57,157 nucleotides of DNA from a virus (lineage: Duplodnaviria > Caudoviricetes), in the IMG/VR virus record IMGVR_UViG_3300046103_001141, positions 1 to 57,157 of that record. One strand, 5' to 3'. Position 1 is the first letter of the stretch, and each line of letters begins with the position of its first letter. The notes under the pieces are model-generated. The model saw only the letters and a program-made list of their open reading frames with translations. It ran no database searches and was not told where the DNA came from. Shown here piece after piece: positions 45,001 to 54,600 of the stretch. The position numbers and the translations under genes are program-made.

Positions 45001-48000
45001 TATATTATACCCCCTGTTTGAGAAGATACGATAGGATCAAATATCATACTAGTTGAATCAAAATCAGGTGGAATACTATCTAAGGTTATATACCTCATGA
45101 ATTGTACATCACCAAGCCAAGATATATCTAAACCGCTTGTGCCGTTATATTGAAATGAAATTTCCATCGGTGTAGCAGATGAATCTGTTGGTCTTGATAA
45201 ACTATTTACAATTGGCCTCTTATTTTCAGAATCTACAGATTTTCCAATAAAATGTAAATGAGAACTTCTATGCATGTTGGACTCTGATATATCATATGCT
45301 TTAATATAGAAAGTTTTGTTGTCAATATCATGGCCTATCTGTAAGATAGAAGATTTATAATTATCAACAGAATATGTCCAATCAATACTATCTCCTCTAT
45401 CATCAGAATCTTTAAGGTGTATTAGAAAACTTGGCCTCGCGAATGCAAGATTAGAATCTGGTTGATATATGTATGTGTGATCATCTCCTGTTATAGTTCC
45501 AATATATGAACCACTTGATTCTTGAACTAATGGAGAATTAAATCCACCGAAGCCATCAGATTCATATATAGGCATAGTTTTCCTAATAGGTCTATAGTTT
45601 GAATCTTCAACTAATCCCAATGTCATATTTTGTGGTCTTGGTGCAACATCTGCATTAGTGTATTGCCAATCAGCGGTTGGCGCACCATTGGTTTTGAAAG
45701 GCATCTTGAAATCAATATTAGCACCTTCACCAAATACTCCAGTGCCATATTGTTCACTTGGATTATCATCAATTAATATAGTATAAGCACTTTCTAGAGC
45801 ATTTGGTAAAATACCCACTTTGCGCCACGATTTAACATCAGCAGTGTATGGGCTATTTTCATTTGCTAAAATGGATGAGCCATCATGAGCCGTTAGGAAA
45901 ACATCATCTGGTTCTTTTGTAAGTTTGTCTCCAAACCCAAATTCTGTTAAAAATTGTGCAGCATAATCACCACTTCTTTTTTGGTTTCTAGTTAAACGAA
46001 ATTCTTTTAGCAGAAAATCTCCATATATATCTTCATAAATTGCAAGAGTAGGATTCCAAGAGTCTTTTTTATTAAACATGATATTATCTGTACTAATCAG
46101 AGAATTTATGTCTAAATTTATTGAACTACTATCTACCTTTATACCATCTATATAAGTTCTAATTACGTTAGAGTCTCCACTGTAGTTTAAAGATGTGGAG
46201 AACCAATTACCTAAAGTATAAGGTACATTATGTAATTTATCTTTTGTCGTGCCGTGTGTTATAACACCATCAGTGCTATAACTAAGTGCAGTATCTACAA
46301 TTTGAGGATTTAAGATTAAATGTGTACTACTATCATCTTTTATCGTGGGTGCTGAATCAATAGTATATTTGAGCGGATACTTATTACTATCATGGATAAT
46401 AAAATCTCTAATATAACGAAATTTACTACCTGCTGCATAATCATCTATGTACCACTCTGACATAGCATTTCCTGTAGTAAAAGTTGCATCTACCGTACCT
46501 TGATTTATTAAAAGTTTTCCTTCAAATGTTGGAGAATTAGTGGGATTAAGTAAATCATATGTTGGTCCAAAATCTTTTTGAAAAATACAATCTTTAATTA
46601 TAATTTCATTAACATTAACTTTACTGTTTTTATAAGACGAATAATTATTTCTATTTGGAACTAACCATGATTTATAGTTTGTAAATATGCATCCTTCAAA
46701 TTTTATAATATTTGCTGATGATCCTGCATCGCTAGATGATTGATATGTTCTCCACCCAATGTCTTTATTATTAAAATCAAAAATGCATTTGAACGCAATA
46801 CCATGTGCGCTTTTAAAAATAATATCAGGGTTGTAAGAATGATATTCTGCTTTCTTGATATTCATAAATGCAAGTTGAGTATTTGATGTAGTTGCTTCAT
46901 CAAAAATCCTATGTACTTTAATTTTCAATTCTACATCATTAGGATTATCTGTTGTACCACAAATTAAAAATCCTACGTCAAAAAAGATACTAGTCTTGGT
47001 TTTATAATGGTCTTGAGTACCAGTTTGTGAAGCCGAAACTTCATATTTTCCAGTAGGTAGAACTAAAGCATCACCTTCAGATAATCCTCCCAAAGCAGTT
47101 TTTATATCAGTATTTTGACCACCAGAATAATGTACTATAGACCCTCCAGTTTTAGCAACATAGTCTGTCGCATATTGCAATCCTGTTTGTTCACCCCTAT
47201 TACTTCTTACCGCTTCAGCAATTGTAATAGAACAGTCTTTAAAATCACTATACATTTGAGGACTATATAATAGATTAGATTTTAAAGTTCCTTGCCAACT
47301 ATCACCAAGAGAGTCCATACCAAATGCACCATCTCCAGAAGAACTTGAAGCATTTCTATCAGCAGAAGGAATAGTTTCTACTAAATCAACTGGATCAAGT
47401 TGCCATGAATTAGCACCTAGTCTGACCTTTGAATGAGAATGTACACACCATTTTCTATGTTCAAAATTGTCAAAAATTCTTCCCCTTTTAAATTTGTGAC
47501 AAAGTGCTAGAGATGTATATGTCTGCGCTCTGTGGTAATTTGACCCATACCCTTGATCTCTTTGTGCGCTTCTGGTTTCAATATAATATGGATAATCACT
47601 GAAAGGCCAACTTAGGCCAGCAATTGAAAGATACTCTGCTGGTGCTAAACCTTGAGAACCATCAATAGATAACATCATTTGGTTTAATATTCTAAAATTA
47701 AAAGTCCTATCGTCAGGATCAGCCGTTGTTCCTGGATACTGCGATGCCGACCTTGCCCCATAAGCAACGGGCTGATACATATACCCCAACGCCGCTGACA
47801 TATATACATATTTCTTTCCTCTATTATCTGGTTGTACGATCTTTCCTCCATCTGGATGACCACTTATATGATAACTATGTGGGGGTCCAGGCCATTGAGA
47901 TGGTCTAATAGTACCAAACACGCTGGCTTGTCGGTTATATTGATTTTCAGGTATTTGACTATCAGGCATCTCCAAATCATCATTGACCCAATCCATATTA

Positions 48001-51000
48001 GTTATAACACCCCCCACATTTTTATGTGTACCTAAACGACCACCACCTAAACCTCCGAATACACCATCAATTATTAGGGCGTCTTTTTTAAGAGTATTAA
48101 TATATGGTTGAATATTATTAATTACTTTAAATTGATTATAAGTACCTTCACCATAATCATTATTCCACCCAGAGCCACGATTCTGACCCCTCGTATTGCT
48201 AACGGCAGGAATCTTACCAGTTCCATCCGTAGTAGCAATCTTTTCTCCCTTTTTTAACATAATACTATAAGGAGCATCATTCTCAGGAAAATCTACATAA
48301 CCGACATATGCAGCACTCGCGAATATATAAATTCTACTGTCTGGTTCTGATATTATATAAGATACACGCTCACTTCCAAAATCCTTAACTATAGGGTATA
48401 TATCTGTTTGATATGCTGAAGCACCAAATCCATCGTCACCTAATCCCCCTCTAGGAACAAATTTATCAGGAGCAATTGAACCAAAATCCTGTGGATGTGG
48501 GGCTGTTGGAAAACCATCCCCCATATCCCCCTTCCCAGAAGGGCGTTTGTAGTTATAAATCCCGCGCGTAATGTGATGGTCAAGATAATTTCCATCATAC
48601 CTGTGATCACCGTATTGGTGGACTGCCCTGTGTCTTCTAAGTGAAGACCATGAACCAGTAGAACCATCTGCCCCATTGCCAGAGTATCTATCTATCGGTC
48701 TGGAAAGTTGTGCGCCGCCCCCATTGATATCGCCTGAGTTATCATTCAGGGTACGATATGAAAGGCCATCAATCCCAGAGTTTGCCCCCTGCCCATATGT
48801 TTCACTAACAAATTGCCCATCCGTATACATATAAGGGTGAACACCAATTTTAGATGTTTCAAAAAGAGTTAAATATACTGGACAATTTGTTCTATTATAT
48901 TTATGAGTATTAGTTTTGGCAAGTTCTGGACCATAGAATATCGCTTTTTGAGCAAACCACATACCAGTGTAATCAGAAGGATGACCGCTTCTATTATCAG
49001 CAGGGTCTATTTCAATGTAATAACTTTTAGTACCGCCCTTTTGTATTGATACGTTATCAATATAACTATAATTTCCAGCAGAAAAAACCCTCGCGCCACC
49101 TAATAAATCTCCTCTAATACCACGATCCCCCCCTACGTGGGAAGTTTTATCAAGCGGGAGACGGGTGCCCGATCCATTCGCTGCTGGTTCCACTGATGCA
49201 GGTGTAAGACAGTCAACTATTTCTTGGTGTGTCCAAGGATCATAGTCACTTCCTAAACTAGAATTCCATCTATCCCCCCAATATGTTGTTAATCCACCTA
49301 CGGCTTGACCCGGCGTTGATCCAGATTGCAAATACTGCCCTTTATTATTATCATGCCACGTTTTTATAAAATCAACTGCCCACTTTTCTTGTTTTAGCCC
49401 AATATTTTCTGACATTCCATCAGTCTGTTTAACCTTATATGTAGCCTCTACACCAAATTTAAGTCCAGATCCAAGACTATTAAAATAACTAGCATCACCC
49501 TTCGCAACACCATCGCGATTCCAATTAGCAGGCACGACACTCCAAGAGTTTTGGTTGATTGAGTTGTTTTTACCAAGGGAAGTATCTTCGCTCAGAAAAA
49601 TTGATCCTAAAGGTGCTGGCTTGCATTCATTTCGTAATGCTGGTGCCGCAAGAAAATCTACTGATTTATATGCACCAGAAACATCTGTCTGGTTAGCACC
49701 GGTGTAGGCGGCGAGTGGTAAATAATCATCAGTATACCAACGATCTGGTCTTCTATATCCAAGATCAAACGCTTCTGGATATTTATTAATATGCGTATAA
49801 TATGCAGCAAAGTACCACAGTTGCACTCGCCCTTCTGGATTATATGTAAACCCATTGGTTACCTTGGTCCCATCATCAAGTCGGTTCTTTGTCCCACCGC
49901 TAAAATAACGATTGTTCCCCACATTCTGATAGCCTTGGAATTGCGGCATCCACCGCCAATAAAGACTAGTACTCCACCATTGCTGCCTGTGTTTAATATC
50001 ATAAGCAGGAGTGTAACCATCTGCATGAGTATATCCAGGAATATTTTGCTTTGTCGCGCTGGGAATATTTGCGTTTAAATTATCGTAAAAATGTTGTGGT
50101 CTATAACCACCAACGGCATTCGCCATAGTATATTTTGCTACCAATCGCCCATCTGCATTATCTCCACCCATCCCACCACCTGAACTAAAACACCAAAGAG
50201 GGAATCCAGCATACCCATGTTTCAGCCGCGAAGTGGAATATTTATACCGGGTGTTCAGAAGATTGGCCGAGCGTCTTGTTACTTTACTTATATCTTGTTC
50301 ACCGTCAACAGTGCAATCTTCATTTGTATATGCTAGTTTGCTTAACTTTTGAACAGTAGGATAATCATAATAATAGTTCCAAGACCCATCTTGCTCATCA
50401 TTCAATGTACTGTAAGGAAATATGTCGGTATTATAATTCTCAGCACCATCCGATCTATTTCTAGTGGATGAATCCAACATTGAAGGTGAATTTGTAAATG
50501 TTGCATTACTTAAATCTTCAAAAGAAGTTAAAGCCCATTGTCGTGCAGGTAAAGATTTATTAATAGAATTAGAACCTTGATAATTACTATCAATCCATAA
50601 TCTAACTCTTCCTGGATCAGTGTTTACGTCCCAAGAAATTGTATGAATATCAGTATCCGCTGGTGCTGGAACTATTAATGATGGTCCATCAGCACCACCC
50701 GCTGATAATTTTAAATCGGCCCCAGAGTTTATAGTTTGTAATTGTACTCTATTTACCGCCCCACCCATATAAAATAAAGTTTTATCTGTTGGTGACATTG
50801 TTGTTTGCACAGCCCATGAAGAAGGAACTTTTCTGTCCATAGTAAAAATATTCATAAAACCACTATCAATAATATATTTAACACTTCCACCATCATCAGG
50901 AGTTCTAGTTAATTCAACAGAATCTCCGTTCTTCCATAATTCATAATTAAACCCATCAAATGTAAGTGCATTATGCGTCCAAGTTTTTGCATCAAGACTA

Positions 51001-51602
51001 CTAGCAGTAGAGGTATATTGAACTCCATTTACAATAATTCCTTCTTCATCTAATACCAAAATATCTTTAAATTTATCCATTACAGCAAAAACGGTGTCAT
51101 TTGTCGCAGAGTTTTCTTTACGATACCAAAATTCAATAGTAAATGGTGAAAATAGTACCATACTATCAAGGCTACTATCAACAGTAATAAAGTCAAGACT
51201 ACTATCAAAAAATAATGAACTACTTCCGTTCTTGTATGGCCCATGTTTAACTGCTTGAGTACGACCATATTGAGTAATTGTATGGGAATCTGAAGAAAAA
51301 TCTAAAATAGAAGAAACTCTTGGATTTGCTATATCAAATATTGAAAAATCATCAGCAGTATTTTTATTCATCCAAAATTCTATACTAAAAGAATCTCTTA
51401 CCCCAAGAGATAAAAAATCAAAAAATGTACTATCTAATTTTAAATGTGTACCATCATCAAAATCATAAGAAAATGATGATGTGGTACTTAAATCAAAAAA
51501 TCTGTAGATAGCATTATTTTCTTTTACTACTGCCTCATCACCTTCAACAACATCAACCGAAGATATGTCGGCCTCTGTATCACATATTTGAATATTACTC
51601 AT
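45000..51602 (-). CDS. 2200-aa virion protein with LamG/ConA-like lectin domains and a large insert
   Basis: FSIEFW, SLFFD, FTIEFWY, WTH.ALT....LW.NG, RTYIDG, EFRLT motifs. Confidence 0.75.
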   Translation of the reverse strand: MSNIQICDTEADISSVDVVEGDEAVVKENNAIYRFFDLSTTSSFSYDFDDGTHLKLDSTFFDFLSLGVRDSFSIEFWMNKNTADDFSIFDIANPRVSSILDFSSDSHTITQYGRTQAVKHGPYKNGSSSLFFDSSLDFITVDSSLDSMVLFSPFTIEFWYRKENSATNDTVFAVMDKFKDILVLDEEGIIVNGVQYTSTASSLDAKTWTHNALTFDGFNYELWKNGDSVELTRTPDDGGSVKYIIDSGFMNIFTMDRKVPSSWAVQTTMSPTDKTLFYMGGAVNRVQLQTINSGADLKLSAGGADGPSLIVPAPADTDIHTISWDVNTDPGRVRLWIDSNYQGSNSINKSLPARQWALTSFEDLSNATFTNSPSMLDSSTRNRSDGAENYNTDIFPYSTLNDEQDGSWNYYYDYPTVQKLSKLAYTNEDCTVDGEQDISKVTRRSANLLNTRYKYSTSRLKHGYAGFPLWCFSSGGGMGGDNADGRLVAKYTMANAVGGYRPQHFYDNLNANIPSATKQNIPGYTHADGYTPAYDIKHRQQWWSTSLYWRWMPQFQGYQNVGNNRYFSGGTKNRLDDGTKVTNGFTYNPEGRVQLWYFAAYYTHINKYPEAFDLGYRRPDRWYTDDYLPLAAYTGANQTDVSGAYKSVDFLAAPALRNECKPAPLGSIFLSEDTSLGKNNSINQNSWSVVPANWNRDGVAKGDASYFNSLGSGLKFGVEATYKVKQTDGMSENIGLKQEKWAVDFIKTWHDNNKGQYLQSGSTPGQAVGGLTTYWGDRWNSSLGSDYDPWTHQEIVDCLTPASVEPAANGSGTRLPLDKTSHVGGDRGIRGDLLGGARVFSAGNYSYIDNVSIQKGGTKSYYIEIDPADNRSGHPSDYTGMWFAQKAIFYGPELAKTNTHKYNRTNCPVYLTLFETSKIGVHPYMYTDGQFVSETYGQGANSGIDGLSYRTLNDNSGDINGGGAQLSRPIDRYSGNGADGSTGSWSSLRRHRAVHQYGDHRYDGNYLDHHITRGIYNYKRPSGKGDMGDGFPTAPHPQDFGSIAPDKFVPRGGLGDDGFGASAYQTDIYPIVKDFGSERVSYIISEPDSRIYIFASAAYVGYVDFPENDAPYSIMLKKGEKIATTDGTGKIPAVSNTRGQNRGSGWNNDYGEGTYNQFKVINNIQPYINTLKKDALIIDGVFGGLGGGRLGTHKNVGGVITNMDWVNDDLEMPDSQIPENQYNRQASVFGTIRPSQWPGPPHSYHISGHPDGGKIVQPDNRGKKYVYMSAALGYMYQPVAYGARSASQYPGTTADPDDRTFNFRILNQMMLSIDGSQGLAPAEYLSIAGLSWPFSDYPYYIETRSAQRDQGYGSNYHRAQTYTSLALCHKFKRGRIFDNFEHRKWCVHSHSKVRLGANSWQLDPVDLVETIPSADRNASSSSGDGAFGMDSLGDSWQGTLKSNLLYSPQMYSDFKDCSITIAEAVRSNRGEQTGLQYATDYVAKTGGSIVHYSGGQNTDIKTALGGLSEGDALVLPTGKYEVSASQTGTQDHYKTKTSIFFDVGFLICGTTDNPNDVELKIKVHRIFDEATTSNTQLAFMNIKKAEYHSYNPDIIFKSAHGIAFKCIFDFNNKDIGWRTYQSSSDAGSSANIIKFEGCIFTNYKSWLVPNRNNYSSYKNSKVNVNEIIIKDCIFQKDFGPTYDLLNPTNSPTFEGKLLINQGTVDATFTTGNAMSEWYIDDYAAGSKFRYIRDFIIHDSNKYPLKYTIDSAPTIKDDSSTHLILNPQIVDTALSYSTDGVITHGTTKDKLHNVPYTLGNWFSTSLNYSGDSNVIRTYIDGIKVDSSSINLDINSLISTDNIMFNKKDSWNPTLAIYEDIYGDFLLKEFRLTRNQKRSGDYAAQFLTEFGFGDKLTKEPDDVFLTAHDGSSILANENSPYTADVKSWRKVGILPNALESAYTILIDDNPSEQYGTGVFGEGANIDFKMPFKTNGAPTADWQYTNADVAPRPQNMTLGLVEDSNYRPIRKTMPIYESDGFGGFNSPLVQESSGSYIGTITGDDHTYIYQPDSNLAFARPSFLIHLKDSDDRGDSIDWTYSVDNYKSSILQIGHDIDNKTFYIKAYDISESNMHRSSHLHFIGKSVDSENKRPIVNSLSRPTDSSATPMEISFQYNGTSGLDISWLGDVQFMRYITLDSIPPDFDSTSMIFDPIVSSQTGGII

Positions 51603-54600
51603 TTATTTCTCCGTAAATAACCAACCATTTGTGGCATTATAGTATACTAACCCAAACGCCGCCCGATCAACATCAACAGTCAAGTCAGAATCGCTTGCTT
51701 CTATTTTGTGACCGTTTCTATTTATAGTAATATTATTAGTGTTTGCATTTCCAGTTCCATCAATAAATCTAATTTCATCACCCAAATTAGCCGAAACTGG
51801 GAGATTAATAGTCTTGGTAGTAGACGTATCAATAATTAATCTTTGATTAGCAGTTGCCGTTACTGGCGTACTAGTGATTTCTGTCCAATTTGCCGCGCCA
51901 GCAGTTGTTCTTGCCGCTACATAATCACTATCAACAATGCTAGTAACAGCAGACAGTCCTATTCCAGTTGGGTTAGATTTTACCCACTGAGAAGTATTAT
52001 CGCTATCAGTATAGTAAACATAAGTTTCAAGGGCTTCTGGATCAAACCACATGGAACCTACGCTTGGTGATGCGGGAGGATTATCTGAAATTGTTAATCC
52101 ACCACCACTACTACTTGACCTTGCTGCAACATAATCACTATCAATCATATTAATAATAGATGCACTGTCTGTTCCAGCAGTTGTTCTTGCCGCTACATAT
52201 GCACTATCAACTACAGAAATTACAGAAGCATTTATAGTACCAGAACTAGCACTAATTTGACTTAATGCGTTAATAACAAGTTCATCACCAACTTTTGCAC
52301 CAGTGACAAGTGTAATTGTAGATGTGTCAGTAGTATTGTAATCTGTGCCTTTTAATAGATTTATACCATTTAAGAATACTGTAACTGAATTAACAGCATA
52401 ACTAAGAGTTGCACTATTGTTATCCGAACCAGTAAATACCGTTTGATTTGCTGTGGCTGTATAATAATAAGATGTAATAGATGATGTAAATGCAGTACTT
52501 CCACTTGATCTCGCTGAGACATAAGCACTGTCAATTAGAGAAATGGTAAGTGAACTATCAAGCCCACCGCCGCCACCACCAGAAGTTTGTCTTGCTTGCA
52601 CATATGCACTATCAATCATATTTACGATTGAAGCACTGTCTGTTCCAGCATTTGTTCTTGCTGCAACATAAGCACTATCTACAGTAGATGAAATGTCATC
52701 AAAGTTTGCTAATTTTACCCAATTTCCAGCGTGAGCGAAGTAACCTTTTCCAGTACCATGAACGTGAGCAAACATTCCATGATATGTTGATGCACTTGGC
52801 AAATCGCCTTCTGCCGAATATACATTTGAGTAAAGCATTTTTCCAGTGGTAGTAATATTATTACTACCCATATCAATCGCACCTGTCATAGTGCCACCAG
52901 AAAGAGGTAATTTAGCAGCAATACTATTTGTTAAAGTAGTGGAGAAATTTGCATCATCTCCCATCGCCGCCGCCAATTCATTGAGCGTATCCAATGCAGC
53001 AGGTGCTGAAGCCACTAATGTTGCCACCGCACTATCAGCGATTGCTCTTATATCTGAAGTTCTCGCTAATTCATGCCAATCAGCACCAACAGCAATTTTC
53101 GGAAGTTGTGCTTGGTTATCATATACAACCATACCTTTATATGTTGTCGCACTTGGTAATTGATTAGTGAATGCAAAAGTATTATTATAGTAAATCGTAT
53201 TGCCACCAAAGTCAACATCTCTAGTTCCAATACCAGTAATTGGATTAATATGTGCTGAGTCTATTATACCTCTAATGTAAGGAGTAGAAATAAATCCTTG
53301 TATATATCCACTATCTGCTATACCTTTAACATATTCATTATCAATGAAAGTTTTCACATAATTTGAGTCTGCATGAGTTTTTATGTGATTTGAGTCTGCA
53401 ATACCTAAGACGTAAGCCGAAGATGCCACAGTCTTTACATAATCTGAATCTGCAATACCTAGAATATGCGGGATTGTTACTTTATTAAACGGTACTCTGA
53501 GATCAACATAAGCACTATCAACAAATCCCAAAATAGCATCTGAATCTATTCCCAGAACTTTAGCGTCATTACCAACATTATCTGTAATTTTTAGTCCAGC
53601 AGGAGCAGCCGTTATTCTAGTGTTACCTATGTTTATTGTACTACCACTTAAATATAAATCTTTAAATTTCTTGGTAGGTGAACCAATATCAAAGGCACTA
53701 TCCAATTCTGGAAGAATATGTCCAGTTGCTGCTAGTTTAGCATCAATAACAGTTGTTACATATGCAGAATCCGCTGCCGATAAAATGAACGCACTGTCAT
53801 ATTTTGTATCTGTAATATTCAATACATATGTATTATCAATAAAACTTTTCACATAATTTGAATCTGCGAACTCTTTGACATAAGATGAATCTATATAAGT
53901 TTTAATATAACTAGAATCTACTGCCGATTGAATGTGACTTGAATCTGCAATTCCTTTAATAAATGCGGAATCAACATCATTAGCATTTTTCACATATGCA
54001 GGAGTTATGAAGCCTTTAATATAGGAAGAATCTATACTAACTTTAAGATAATTAGAGTCTGCAAGTCCTAAGACATACGAACTATTAATGAAAGTTTTTA
54101 CATTATTTGAATCTGCAATTCCTAAGACGTAAGCAGACGATGCCACACTTTTCACATAATTTGAGTCTGCAATTCCTAAGACATAATCAGACGATGCCAC
54201 AGTTTTTACATAATCTGAATCCGCTGCTGAGAGGAAGAGCGCACTATCATATTTTGTATCTGTAATATTAAATACATACGAACTGTTAATGAAACTTTTT
54301 ATATAATTTGAATCTGCATTTGATCTTACATATTCTTGAGTAACTGCCGAGAATATCCAATTAGAGTCAGCGCGAAGTTGGACATAAGAACTGTCAATGA
54401 AATGCGCGATGGCGTCTGAATCTATTCCACCAAACTTTAAAAGATTTCCAGCACTATCAGAAAGTTCCAAACCACTTGCATTAGAAGATATTATAACTTC
54501 CCCAAGTGAAATTGAGTTTCCACTTAGATATATATCTCTAAATCTTTCAGTAGGTGATCCTAAATCATATACTGTATCTAAGGCTGGAATTATATCTCCC

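Noticed and set aside
53250-54450. Repeats as a CRISPR array or DGR template/variable pair
   Set aside because: They are in-frame, degenerate at third codon positions, have no unique spacers or adenine-specific pattern, and no Cas or reverse transcriptase is present.
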